Source: an uncultured Verrucomicrobiae bacterium
GTDB taxonomy: Bacteria > Verrucomicrobiota > Verrucomicrobiia > Opitutales > JABDGR01
Direction of reading: 5' to 3'
Assembly (NCBI GenBank): GCA_963765205.1
Contig: CAVXVB010000002.1
Coordinates: 57,364 to 121,363, forward strand
Length of the DNA: 64,000 bases
In this document: piece after piece, positions 19,027 through 27,006 of the stretch
How positions within the stretch are numbered: position 1 is the stretch's first letter
Layout of the letters: every line of letters begins with the position of its first letter
Notes under the pieces: model-generated
Databases searched by the model: none
The model's input: the letters and a program-made list of their open reading frames with translations, nothing else
Told to the model about the DNA's origin: nothing
Position numbers and translations under genes: made by a program

Positions 19027-19494
19027 AGGCAGTCCGAAGCTTAATTGGCTCGTTTAGCCAGGGACTAACCCTGGTGGTTTTTGGCTCCAAAGCCGATCGG
19101 GTCTGGCTCCGAGCACAGGCCGGGCGGAGGACAGCGCCAAGCGCCGGCCAGACGCCGCCTCCGCCGGCCTCTCCTCATTCCGGGCCGGAGTCCAGGGTCA
19201 GACGCAGCCCGGAGACTCGGAATTTTTCCGGCCCGCGTATAGCACGCGCGGCCAAGGGCACTGGTAACCTGGCTGCCGAAGCAGCCAATGGAAATGGATG
19301 GAGTGGGAGCATCTTGAGGACTTCATGGCTCCGGCGGACACGTGGTGGATGGTTTCCCGCGATCGCCGGCTCGCCGCGGGTTGCCATGGGGTAATTCGGC
19401 CAAACACCTGAAACCGCGGCCCGCGCAAAACACCACTCCGCCCTTATTGGATGGCGGCTGCATTTGTCAGGCTTCAAGTTCCGGCGCTTCATAT

Positions 19495-19517
19495 ATCCGC
19501 AGCATAGCGGATTTTTT
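19495..19517 (+). terminator. Possible intrinsic terminator (plus strand)
   Basis: atccgc-agcata-gcggat followed by a T run (19512-19517). The stem is only 6 bp. Confidence 0.3.
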
Positions 19518-19551
19518 ATAATCAGGAAATTGGGGGTGCTGCCGTAATTCG

Positions 19552-19609
19552 CTAAGAAAAATTCTTAGACGGCCCGGCCAAAAAAAACCCGCCTAAGAAA
19601 ATTCCTTAG
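19552..19609. promoter_or_regulatory. Two 17-bp palindromes, CTAAGAAAAATTCTTAG and CTAAGAAAATTCCTTAG (operator-like)
   Basis: Located at 19552-19568 (perfect) and 19593-19609 (one mismatch), with centres 41 bp apart. They lie upstream of a -35 TTTACG (19632-37) / -10 TAAAAT (19654-59) pair and the ATG at 19669. Confidence 0.45.
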
Positions 19610-19668
19610 TGAATGCAAGGCGCGCCCCCCATTTACGTTTGGCCGGAATCAGGTAAAATACGACCAGT

Positions 19669-20175
19669 ATGAATACTTCCCTTGAATTTCCAACAGCATG
19701 GACGTCCTACCGCGCGGCGAACGAACCATTCACCCTTTCCATTTTCATCGTGTACAGTGACCAGTCTGCCGCGGCCCGGGCCTTGCAAATGGTGGAATAT
19801 CTGCGCCGTATATTTAACGGCCAATTGCGACCGCGCCTGCAGCCATTGCGGTTGAAACAACTGGATGACCCCGCCAAATTTGACCATTCACTCGCCACGG
19901 CAGTCACTGCGGATTTGATCATAGTTTCCGTCAACGGGCCAGGTTTGCCGCCGGAGACTGCGCGACAGTGGATGGCCGATTGCGCTTTCCACCAACGGGC
20001 CGGGGCCTCGACCGTGGTGGCGCTGTTAAATGCCAGCGAAGAAGCCGGCCCAGTGGATTCACCCCGGCTGCGGTTTATCCTGCCTTCTCCACTGGGCGGC
20101 CGGCGGGATTCCTGCTCTGCGGGTGCGTTGCAAGAGTCTTCCGAGATGATTTTTTCCTGTACTGCGGTGGGCTAG
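19669..20175 (+). CDS. Hypothetical protein
   Basis: 168-aa ORF. The SIFIVYSDQ...ADLIIVSVNG pattern is vaguely TIR/flavodoxin-like-fold, but there is no confident family. Confidence 0.45.
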   Translation: MNTSLEFPTAWTSYRAANEPFTLSIFIVYSDQSAAARALQMVEYLRRIFNGQLRPRLQPLRLKQLDDPAKFDHSLATAVTADLIIVSVNGPGLPPETARQWMADCAFHQRAGASTVVALLNASEEAGPVDSPRLRFILPSPLGGRRDSCSAGALQESSEMIFSCTAVG

Positions 20176-20199
20176 TGAAACGGCCGCGGCTCGTTGTAT

Positions 20200-20235
20200 A
20201 AAAGAGCGCCCCCACGGGGAATCGAACCCCGATTT
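20200..20235 (-). repeat. att repeat: displaced 3' fragment of tRNA-Glu
   Basis: aaaagagcgcccccacggggaatcgaaccccgattt is identical to 27000-27035. Sequence beyond 20235 does not fold as a tRNA. Confidence 0.85.
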
Positions 20236-20306
20236 CTATACCGCAGGGGTAGGGATTGGTAACTCCCTCTGGATTGGACACTAACAAACGCTGTTGACAG
20301 CATTTG

Positions 20307-20327
20307 CTTGTTATAGTTTGCTATAGT
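20307..20327 (+). repeat. 21-bp repeat R21 (cttgttatagtttgctatagt), copy 1
   Basis: Identical copy at 26943-26963. Contains TATAGT twice and ends 1 nt before the int ATG. Confidence 0.85.
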
Positions 20328-20328
20328 C

Positions 20329-21504
20329 ATGGCAAGCATCTACAAACAACCGGGTTCGCGTTTCTGGTTTGCGCGCTATCGGCTGCCCGATGGCAAGTGG
20401 ACTGCGAAGACAACCAAACAAAAAGACCGGGGCGCGGCGCTACGCACGGCCTATGAGTTAGAGGGGCTGGGAGCATCGGCAGTGGAGTTATCGCCTGTTG
20501 GCGCGGCCTTGGCGCGCAACGTGCGCGAGATTTACGAGCGCGCCACCCGGCAAAAGGTGGAAGCCGTCACTGTGGGCGATTTCCTGCGCCAGTGGGTTGC
20601 TCGCATCGAAGCCACAAAATCTGCCAACACCGGGAGCCGATACAAGCAAATTGTGGACTTGCTGCTTGCCTACCTGGGGCCGCAAGGCGAGCGCCGCAAC
20701 CTTGCCAGCCTCACCCCGACTATTTTGCAAGGCTTCATTGACAGCCAATCCGCCACCGGCAAGGGCGCGCACACTGTCGCGCTGGCCGGAAAAATCCTAT
20801 CCATCGCCCTAAAGTCCGCCGTGCGCGCGGGCTTGTTAGAGCGCAACCCCGCCGGACAGCTTGACCTGCCCGCCTTTGCGATGAAAGAGCGCGAAGAATT
20901 CAGCGCCGCTGAATTGGAATCCCTACTGGCAGAAGCACGCGGCACGGAATGGGAAACCGCCGTCCTGTTGGGCGCGTATTGCGGCGCGCGGCTGGGCGAT
21001 GCCACTTCTATGCGTTGGGAAAACGTTGACCTGGCCGGGGCCAAAGTAACCTTCACCCCGCAAAAAACCTCCCGGCGGGGCAACAAGGTGGAATTGCCGA
21101 TACCCCCGCGCGTGCTCGCGCACTTGGAAGGCTTGGCGGGCCGCGAGGATGCCCAGCACAACGAATTTATCACGCCGGGCTTGGCCGCGCGGGGGATTGG
21201 TGGCCGCACCGGGTTAAGCCTTAGCTTCCGCGCCCTCATGCGCCGCAGCGGCGTTTCGGGCAAAACCACCGCCAGAGCCAAGGACAGCGCCGCCCGTTCG
21301 TTCAGCACAAAATCGTTTCACTCGCTTAGGCATTTTTTCATTGCCAATATGCACCGTGGGGGAGCCGACGCGGAAACCGCCCAAGCGGGCGCGGGCCACA
21401 GTGACGCAAAAGTGCATGAGCGTTACGATCACGACAAGCGCGACCGCGTGGCGCGCAATCTAAAAGCCGCCGTGGAGAATATCCCCGGCGCGAAAGGGAA
21501 ATGA
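20329..21504 (+). CDS. int: Tyrosine recombinase / phage-type integrase
   Basis: N-terminal arm-binding-like GSRFWFARYRLPDGKW. C-terminal HSLRHFF...GHSDAKVHERYDH (H-x-x-R ... H ... Y). Confidence 0.9.
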   Translation: MASIYKQPGSRFWFARYRLPDGKWTAKTTKQKDRGAALRTAYELEGLGASAVELSPVGAALARNVREIYERATRQKVEAVTVGDFLRQWVARIEATKSANTGSRYKQIVDLLLAYLGPQGERRNLASLTPTILQGFIDSQSATGKGAHTVALAGKILSIALKSAVRAGLLERNPAGQLDLPAFAMKEREEFSAAELESLLAEARGTEWETAVLLGAYCGARLGDATSMRWENVDLAGAKVTFTPQKTSRRGNKVELPIPPRVLAHLEGLAGREDAQHNEFITPGLAARGIGGRTGLSLSFRALMRRSGVSGKTTARAKDSAARSFSTKSFHSLRHFFIANMHRGGADAETAQAGAGHSDAKVHERYDHDKRDRVARNLKAAVENIPGAKGK

Positions 21505-22400
21505 TTTCACCCATGAAAGACACTCCCGAAAAAATCACTTTGCCGCCAATTCCGCCGGGGGCTGGGTTGGTTTACCAACGGTTCTCCTTTGTCAAACCAG
21601 CGCCGCCAACGCCAGAACCAGCGCCGCCAGAGCCAGACTATCCGGCAGGATGGCCCTGGGAACTTATGGCGGACAGAGAAAAGCGGATGCCGGATTGGAA
21701 GATGCGGGCGGACGCCGAAAAGGCCGATTTCACTGATGGGGTTGCTAAGGGATGCGTGACCGCACTTCACCAAGGAGCCCGCAAAGGCAACATAATTGCC
21801 ACTATTCATCTGCTCGAATTAAGCCGGGATATTTGTGAGCGGCTCGCGTCTCTGGCAGCCGATTCTGGCTTACACGCTCAATTGCGTTCTTTGGCTTGTC
21901 TTTACCCAACCTTTCCAGTTTTGGTGGGGCGCAATAGTCTTAACAAGGGCCGTGAGAAAAATCTTTTAGAAAGTCTGCACGTCGGCGAATCTGTCCCTTT
22001 CAGCAACCCTTACCGAAAGCGCCCAGGGAGGCGAGTCAGTTTTTCAAAAAATATCGTAAACCAATGGGCGAGGCTGATTCTCAATCATATTTTATTTTAT
22101 CATCAATTTCTCGCGCTGGGTGGAAAGCTGGATAAACCGTGGCCCGCTTGGCTAACAGCGGCAATGCCGATTCCTCCGCTGAATGAGAGCACGGCCAAGG
22201 ATTGGCTAGAGATTGCGTGGGCTTTAATCATGGAAGAAACCGGCCAGCACCCCGAGGACATTGACTGGTTAAGAGAAATTGGCGAAAAGCGCGGACGCAA
22301 AGCAAAGGGAACACCGGCCAGCAAAAACAAAGCGATTCGCCGGGGCCTAAAGGAGACATTGGGCGAAGCCATTGAACGCCTTGCGCGGATTGCTGGATAA
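21501..22400 (+). CDS. Hypothetical protein (island)
   Basis: 299-aa ORF with an ATGA overlap on the int stop and a Pro-rich N-terminus. No family recognised. Confidence 0.55.
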   Translation: MISPMKDTPEKITLPPIPPGAGLVYQRFSFVKPAPPTPEPAPPEPDYPAGWPWELMADREKRMPDWKMRADAEKADFTDGVAKGCVTALHQGARKGNIIATIHLLELSRDICERLASLAADSGLHAQLRSLACLYPTFPVLVGRNSLNKGREKNLLESLHVGESVPFSNPYRKRPGRRVSFSKNIVNQWARLILNHILFYHQFLALGGKLDKPWPAWLTAAMPIPPLNESTAKDWLEIAWALIMEETGQHPEDIDWLREIGEKRGRKAKGTPASKNKAIRRGLKETLGEAIERLARIAG

Positions 22401-22479
22401 AAAACTCCCGAGTTTATTTTAATAAAGTAGGTAAAAAGTTTCGTCAATTCAGTGGCGGAGATAGGTGTATAAAGTGGGC

Positions 22480-22785
22480 ATGAGCAAATCATCTCTGCCC
22501 GCACGCGACGGCGGTTTTACAACAGTCGCGCCAATCGTGGCCGCGCCCGTGGCCACTATCGCCCCGGAATTTTTACGACTCCCGACGGGGCGCAATGTCG
22601 AGCCGTTAAGCGGCCTCCGCAGAAGCCAGCTTTATAACCTGATTGCCGAGCGGAAAATCCAAGCGATTTCCCTACGCCCCAGAGGCAAGGCGCGCGGAAC
22701 CCGGCTGCTTGTCGCGCAATCAGTCAGAAATTATTTGCACGGCCTCGCCATTGAACAGAACCCGCCGCAGACTATCACACAATAA
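22480..22785 (+). CDS. AlpA/excisionase-like HTH protein
   Basis: LSGLRRSQLYNLIAERKIQAISLRPRGKARGTRLLVAQSVRNYL resembles AlpA/Xis-type winged HTH. ATG at 22480. Confidence 0.55.
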   Translation: MSKSSLPARDGGFTTVAPIVAAPVATIAPEFLRLPTGRNVEPLSGLRRSQLYNLIAERKIQAISLRPRGKARGTRLLVAQSVRNYLHGLAIEQNPPQTITQ

Positions 22786-22875
22786 CCACTAACCTATTTG
22801 CCCACCACCGGGCGAGCGTTGCCAAAACAATGCCCGCCCCCAGCGTCAACTGGAAGGCGGGCGAAACCAATCACT

Positions 22876-24042
22876 ATGGAAACGATACAAAATACAACGT
22901 CACCACGTCAAGACACAACGCCACAATCCAGCGGCGATGCTACCAAACCACCACCGCCACCTGACGCAATTTGTGCCGCTGCCGCAGCGCCGGAGAACGC
23001 CCCACACACTCCGCCACCGGGAGCGGGTCGCATTATCCACTTCCCGCCACCGTCAAACTTGCTTGGCTCACTCGATAAGCGCCCCAAAACTGTTTCCTTG
23101 GACACGATTAAACGGGCGGTGTTAAACGAGTCCACCTTTGATGCGTTGGATATTCCCCATCGGCCCGCCTTGCTGGGCGATTGGTTTTTGGCGGGCGATC
23201 TGGGGTTTATCTATGCCCCGCGCGGCGGGGGTAAAACGTGGATTGCTCTGGCGTTGGCGCGCGCGCTGGCAGAAGGCGGCAAGTGCGGGCCGTGGCAAGC
23301 TCACGTTCCCGTCAAATGCCTCTACGTTGACGGCGAAATGCCCTTGGATGAAATGCGAAAACGCAACCAGTCCTTGCGCGGCGCTGCCGGGGATAATCTG
23401 ATTTTTCTTTCCCACCAACGAAACTTTGACGTTGGCGTGGATAACCTTTGTTTGACTGACCCGGAGTCGCAAAACGCCCTCACAGAGTTTTGCGTCGAGA
23501 CGGGAATTAAAGTATTATATCTTGACAACCTAAGCACGCTGTTTACCCGCGTGGAAGAAAACAAAGCCGATGCCTGGCGGGATTCTGTCGAGGGTTGGCT
23601 TTTGAAATTGCGGCGGCACGGTGTTGCCGTGGTCATCATCGCCCATGCCGGGCGCAATGGAGAGATGAGGGGAACGAGCAAGCGCGAGGATTGCGCCTTC
23701 TGGCAAATCTGTCTTGAACCAATGGAAAAAAGCGGTGAAGGAGTGCGCTTCACCTCCCGCTTTACTAAAAACCGCAACGCGACGGAAGACCCGCCGCCCC
23801 TCAAATGGCACTTCCGCCCCGATAACGGGCGCGTGGTGATTTCATGGGAAGAAGCCGACGCCTTGCAAATTCTGCGCGCGCATATTGAGGGTGGCTTGGA
23901 AACGTGCTCTGAAATCGCCGAGGATATGGGTATTGCCAAATCCACGGTTTCCAAACTCGCCAAGCAGGCGGAGCGGGCGGGTTGGTTGAAAATCACCGGC
24001 ACCGGCAACCAGCGCCATTATAAGCTCAAAACCGATGCCTGA
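22876..24042 (+). CDS. RepA/AAA_25-like RecA-fold ATPase with C-terminal wHTH
   Basis: Walker A APRGGGKTWIALALARALAEGG, Walker B-like VLYLDNLSTLF, and IIAHAGRNGEMRGTSKRED. The C-terminal MGIAKSTVSKLAKQAERAGWL is HTH-like. Confidence 0.7.
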   Translation: METIQNTTSPRQDTTPQSSGDATKPPPPPDAICAAAAAPENAPHTPPPGAGRIIHFPPPSNLLGSLDKRPKTVSLDTIKRAVLNESTFDALDIPHRPALLGDWFLAGDLGFIYAPRGGGKTWIALALARALAEGGKCGPWQAHVPVKCLYVDGEMPLDEMRKRNQSLRGAAGDNLIFLSHQRNFDVGVDNLCLTDPESQNALTEFCVETGIKVLYLDNLSTLFTRVEENKADAWRDSVEGWLLKLRRHGVAVVIIAHAGRNGEMRGTSKREDCAFWQICLEPMEKSGEGVRFTSRFTKNRNATEDPPPLKWHFRPDNGRVVISWEEADALQILRAHIEGGLETCSEIAEDMGIAKSTVSKLAKQAERAGWLKITGTGNQRHYKLKTDA

Positions 24043-24054
24043 CCCGGCTTCCCA

Positions 24055-24216
24055 TCGGAAACGGAGCCATGCCATTCGTTTCCTGTTTTCCAAAAGTCAT
24101 GTTTGCGACTCGTTTCCGCGTTTCCCCTATGAGGAAACAAAAAGCGCCCTCTCGTTTCCACTTTCGTTTCCACTCCGTTTCTCGTTCTCCACCTATAGGC
24201 AGTAAACAGGAAACGA
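24055..24216. repeat. Iteron-like field (TCGTTTCC / GGAAACGA)
   Basis: Direct copies at 24076, 24110, 24118 (GCGTTTCC), 24152 and 24164, plus degenerate copies at 24175/24182. Inverted copies at 24057, 24133 and 24209. Confidence 0.6.
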
Positions 24217-24227
24217 GCATCCCCGCC

Positions 24228-25235
24228 ATGCCCCTAGACCTTGCCCGCTTGGAAAACGCCCGCCAGCGCGGCAACCGCCTGACGGCCCGCTGCCCGGCCT
24301 GTGCCGAAACCGGGTCCGACCGCAAAGGCGAGCACTTGGCGATCTTCGCGGATGGCCGGTTTGCCTGCGTTATGAATCCCGGCCCGGCGGGCGAAGTCCA
24401 CCGCCAGCGCATTTTCGATCTGGCCGGAATCAAAGAGCACCCCGGCCAGCCCGCCCGCGCCCCCGTCATTGCCCTACAGCGGCCCCAACCCGCCCGGCCA
24501 GCCCTTCACCTTCCGCCGTTGCGCCGATTGACCGTGGGGGAAATGCTCGCCATTATCAAGTTGCGCGGCTGGCCGATGGATGCCGGGTTGGAATTGCTCA
24601 CGCGACGCGGCTTGCTCTGGCAGGGCAACGTCTTTGACGGCGGGGAGCACCACCCCGCTTGGATCGTGACAGATAGTGCCCGCCGCAACGCGCAAGCCCG
24701 CCGTCTTGACGGCCAGCCCTGGCAGGGCATCAAAGGCGCAAAGGCCAAAAGCCTGCCCGGCTCGCAAGCATCCTGGCCGATAGGCGCGCCGGAAATCGGC
24801 GCGCGCCCGTTCGTCATGCTTTGCGAAGGCGGCCCTGATTTTCTCGCGGCGCTGCTTGTGGCATGGTTTGAAAGCGAGCGCATGGCCGGATTCAGTGTCG
24901 AGCACGCGGCCCCGGTTTGCCTGTGCGGCGCGGGTCAAACGATTCCCCCCGATGCGCTGGATTTCTTCACGGGCAAGCACGTTAGAATTTTCATCCATGC
25001 CGACGATGAAGGAAACGCGGCGGCAAAACGCTGGGCCGCGCAACTTTACCAAGCGCGCGCAAAGAGCGTTGACGGCTTCGACTTCGCCGGACTCACCCGC
25101 CCCGACGGCCAGCCCGTCAAAGACCTGGCCGACTTTGCCAAGTTACTTGACCCGGAAGACCCGCCAGTTGCGCGGGCGCTGGCCGGATTGGCGACGAAGG
25201 CAGAGGCGGAGCGGTTCGCGGCGTTATCGTCGTGA
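24228..25235 (+). CDS. Zn-ribbon + Toprim-like primase-related protein
   Basis: ATG 24228 (MPLDLARLE). CPACAETGSDRKGEHLAIFADGRFACV Zn-ribbon. Toprim-like FVMLCEGGPDF and IFIHADDEGNAAAKRWA. Confidence 0.6.
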   Translation: MPLDLARLENARQRGNRLTARCPACAETGSDRKGEHLAIFADGRFACVMNPGPAGEVHRQRIFDLAGIKEHPGQPARAPVIALQRPQPARPALHLPPLRRLTVGEMLAIIKLRGWPMDAGLELLTRRGLLWQGNVFDGGEHHPAWIVTDSARRNAQARRLDGQPWQGIKGAKAKSLPGSQASWPIGAPEIGARPFVMLCEGGPDFLAALLVAWFESERMAGFSVEHAAPVCLCGAGQTIPPDALDFFTGKHVRIFIHADDEGNAAAKRWAAQLYQARAKSVDGFDFAGLTRPDGQPVKDLADFAKLLDPEDPPVARALAGLATKAEAERFAALSS

Positions 25236-25898
25236 TTATTTCCAAATCATGGTGTATTTTACAATGACGGTTTGCTTCAAAACCTTATTGGACATTACAT
25301 CGTAACTGAGAAGTTTGCTCGTTTGTTCCTCGATGGCATAGGCCGTCAATTTTTTCCCTTGTTTGAGCCAATTGAGAAATTGAGTTTGCGTCGGGCCGGG
25401 TTCGGCACCGACTTCCTGATAGCATTTGATCGTTCGTTTCGCACCCAAAACGGTGATGTAGGAATACGGGTCAGTCGCCACAACCCAAAGAATGCCGCAA
25501 TCTTGATTATCCACCCAGTCTTTGTGCGAAGCGATGGTTTTTAACGCGAAATCGTCGCAAATAAAGAGCGTTGGGCTGACCACCTGCGTCACCTGAATGT
25601 CCATGAAATCCGCGTTTTCCAACGAGGGCTTGACAATGATCGCGCCGGTTTTATCCGTCGTGTAGTAACTTTGGACATCGGCAAAGAGTTCGAGCAATTT
25701 ATCCCGAGTTTCGACGGCACCGCGCTGGCCCACTTCGCTTACATAAAATGTTCTTTCCTGAATTTTTGGCTCCGGCGCAGGGGATGGAGCGCCGCTATAA
25801 TTGACGCCCGCTTGGCTCCCCCCAATGCTGCGCAAGCCAACCTGTCCGAGCGCCGGTAAAGTGATAAGACTTAATGCTAGGCAAGTCAGGATTTTCAT
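25236..25898 (-). CDS. Secreted hypothetical protein (island cargo)
   Basis: ATG 25898 gives MKILTCLALSLITLPALGQ (signal peptide). Visibly AT-richer. Abuts the stop of the primase-like gene. Confidence 0.5.
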   Translation of the reverse strand: MKILTCLALSLITLPALGQVGLRSIGGSQAGVNYSGAPSPAPEPKIQERTFYVSEVGQRGAVETRDKLLELFADVQSYYTTDKTGAIIVKPSLENADFMDIQVTQVVSPTLFICDDFALKTIASHKDWVDNQDCGILWVVATDPYSYITVLGAKRTIKCYQEVGAEPGPTQTQFLNWLKQGKKLTAYAIEEQTSKLLSYDVMSNKVLKQTVIVKYTMIWK

Positions 25899-25927
25899 GG
25901 AGGAAAAAAGATGGGTAAGTGTCGCCC

Positions 25928-26698
25928 TCATGCCGCCTCTTTGGTCGTGCTTTCCGTCAGCCCCGCCGCAAACCTGTTCTTTTGGAAGCGCGCAAACATC
26001 TTGTTCACCTCGTCGCGGTAAATCGCCCGCTGCTCCGCCCGCGTCTTGTCTTCCGCCCGCACGATGAAGCGGTCAAAGAGACTGAAAATCTCGGTGGCGA
26101 TGCCGCCATGAATCTTAGCCAGTTCGCCCGTCATTTGCTCAATTTTGGCATACTGGCCGGCCTTCTCCGAAACCGCCAACGCCGCCAATTCCAGTTTGCG
26201 CATGGATTCAGAGACGGCGGTGAACTGTTTTTCAAGCGTGTTCAAAATCCGGGCGTTGGGCGCGGCCCGCGCTTCCTCCGCTTCCAACCGCGCCGCAATT
26301 TTGCCCGCCCGCCGCCGCGTGGCCGTGAGTAGCATCCCAAAGTCCATTTCCTCGACTGGCAGCCCCAGCAGCGGCGGGGAATCCGCCGGGTTATCTCTCC
26401 GGGGAGACAACGGCATGGACATCGGCAGCATCCGGGCATCCGCCGGGGGCAACTCCGGTTGCAAACCGGGGCTGGGGCCATCGGCGGCAGCCTCAATCCG
26501 ATCCCGCACTCCCGCGTTCAAATCGCGCTGGATATGCTGCTCTAGCCATCCCAGCAATTTGCCCGGCTCAGTCACCGGGCATTCATCCCCGGCAGCCCGG
26601 CCTTTAGCTACCCAAAGCCTAAGTGTCCGGGTTGTCACCCCATAGAGGTCAGCCCAATCTTGCCGGGATTGCGGCTCTAATGAAATTTCCGCTTCCAC
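25928..26698 (-). CDS. HTH + coiled-coil protein, Nu1-like N-terminus (possible small terminase/packaging or regulator)
   Basis: SRQDWADLYGVTTRTLRLWVAKG parallels lambda Nu1 NKKQLADIFGASIRTIQNWQEQG as recalled. The rest is helical and charged. Confidence 0.5.
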   Translation of the reverse strand: MEAEISLEPQSRQDWADLYGVTTRTLRLWVAKGRAAGDECPVTEPGKLLGWLEQHIQRDLNAGVRDRIEAAADGPSPGLQPELPPADARMLPMSMPLSPRRDNPADSPPLLGLPVEEMDFGMLLTATRRRAGKIAARLEAEEARAAPNARILNTLEKQFTAVSESMRKLELAALAVSEKAGQYAKIEQMTGELAKIHGGIATEIFSLFDRFIVRAEDKTRAEQRAIYRDEVNKMFARFQKNRFAAGLTESTTKEAA

Positions 26699-26942
26699 TG
26701 GGGAAAATTAACCCTCCCTCATAGCGGAAGCAAGGAAATTTGTTTTTCCAAGCCCCCGCGCGAAAACCTCCAAGGAGTGCCCAACACCCTGGGGGGCCAT
26801 AAACCTTTTCAAAGAGAATCCCTAGCACCCCTAGTGGGGGCGGGGGGTCAGGGCGGGGGCAACCTACCTGCCGGAGATTGTGGGCGAAGGGGTAGCCCAC
26901 TGGCCCGGCAGTAATGGAAAACACTACTGCACACTAGCTGGC

Positions 26943-26963
26943 CTTGTTATAGTTTGCTATAGT
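26943..26963 (+). repeat. 21-bp repeat R21, copy 2
   Basis: Identical to 20307-20327. Lies 36 nt from the att core. Confidence 0.85.
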
Positions 26964-27006
26964 TTTGGCGCTGAAATCTTCGTAAGTCTTTGATTATCAA
27001 AAAGAG

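Noticed and set aside
19030-19517. RNase P RNA, tmRNA, SRP RNA or 6S RNA in the long ccoS-upstream intergenic region.
   Set aside because: I searched both strands by eye for GGAAAGTCCGGGC / ACAGAACCCGGCTTA (RNase P), a tRNA-like CCA end with GGGGCTGA... (tmRNA) and GGAAGCAGCC with the domain IV context (SRP). None was present. It is kept only as an unclassified candidate.
20200-20290. Possible second tRNA gene at the left end of the island.
   Set aside because: Only the 3' 29 nt match tRNA-Glu. The sequence beyond 20235 has no acceptor 5' strand, D-arm or anticodon arm, so it is an att remnant rather than a gene.
20294-20327. TTGACA (20294-99) plus TATAGT as a canonical promoter for int.
   Set aside because: The spacers to the two TATAGT boxes are 12 and 22 nt, neither compatible with a sigma70-type promoter. 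The repeat is better explained as an arm or operator site.
24069-24227. Upstream extension of the primase-like ORF (start at 24069).
   Set aside because: The extension is the translation of the iteron repeats (SRFHFRFHSVSR). ATG 24228 precedes the Zn-ribbon and is the more plausible start.
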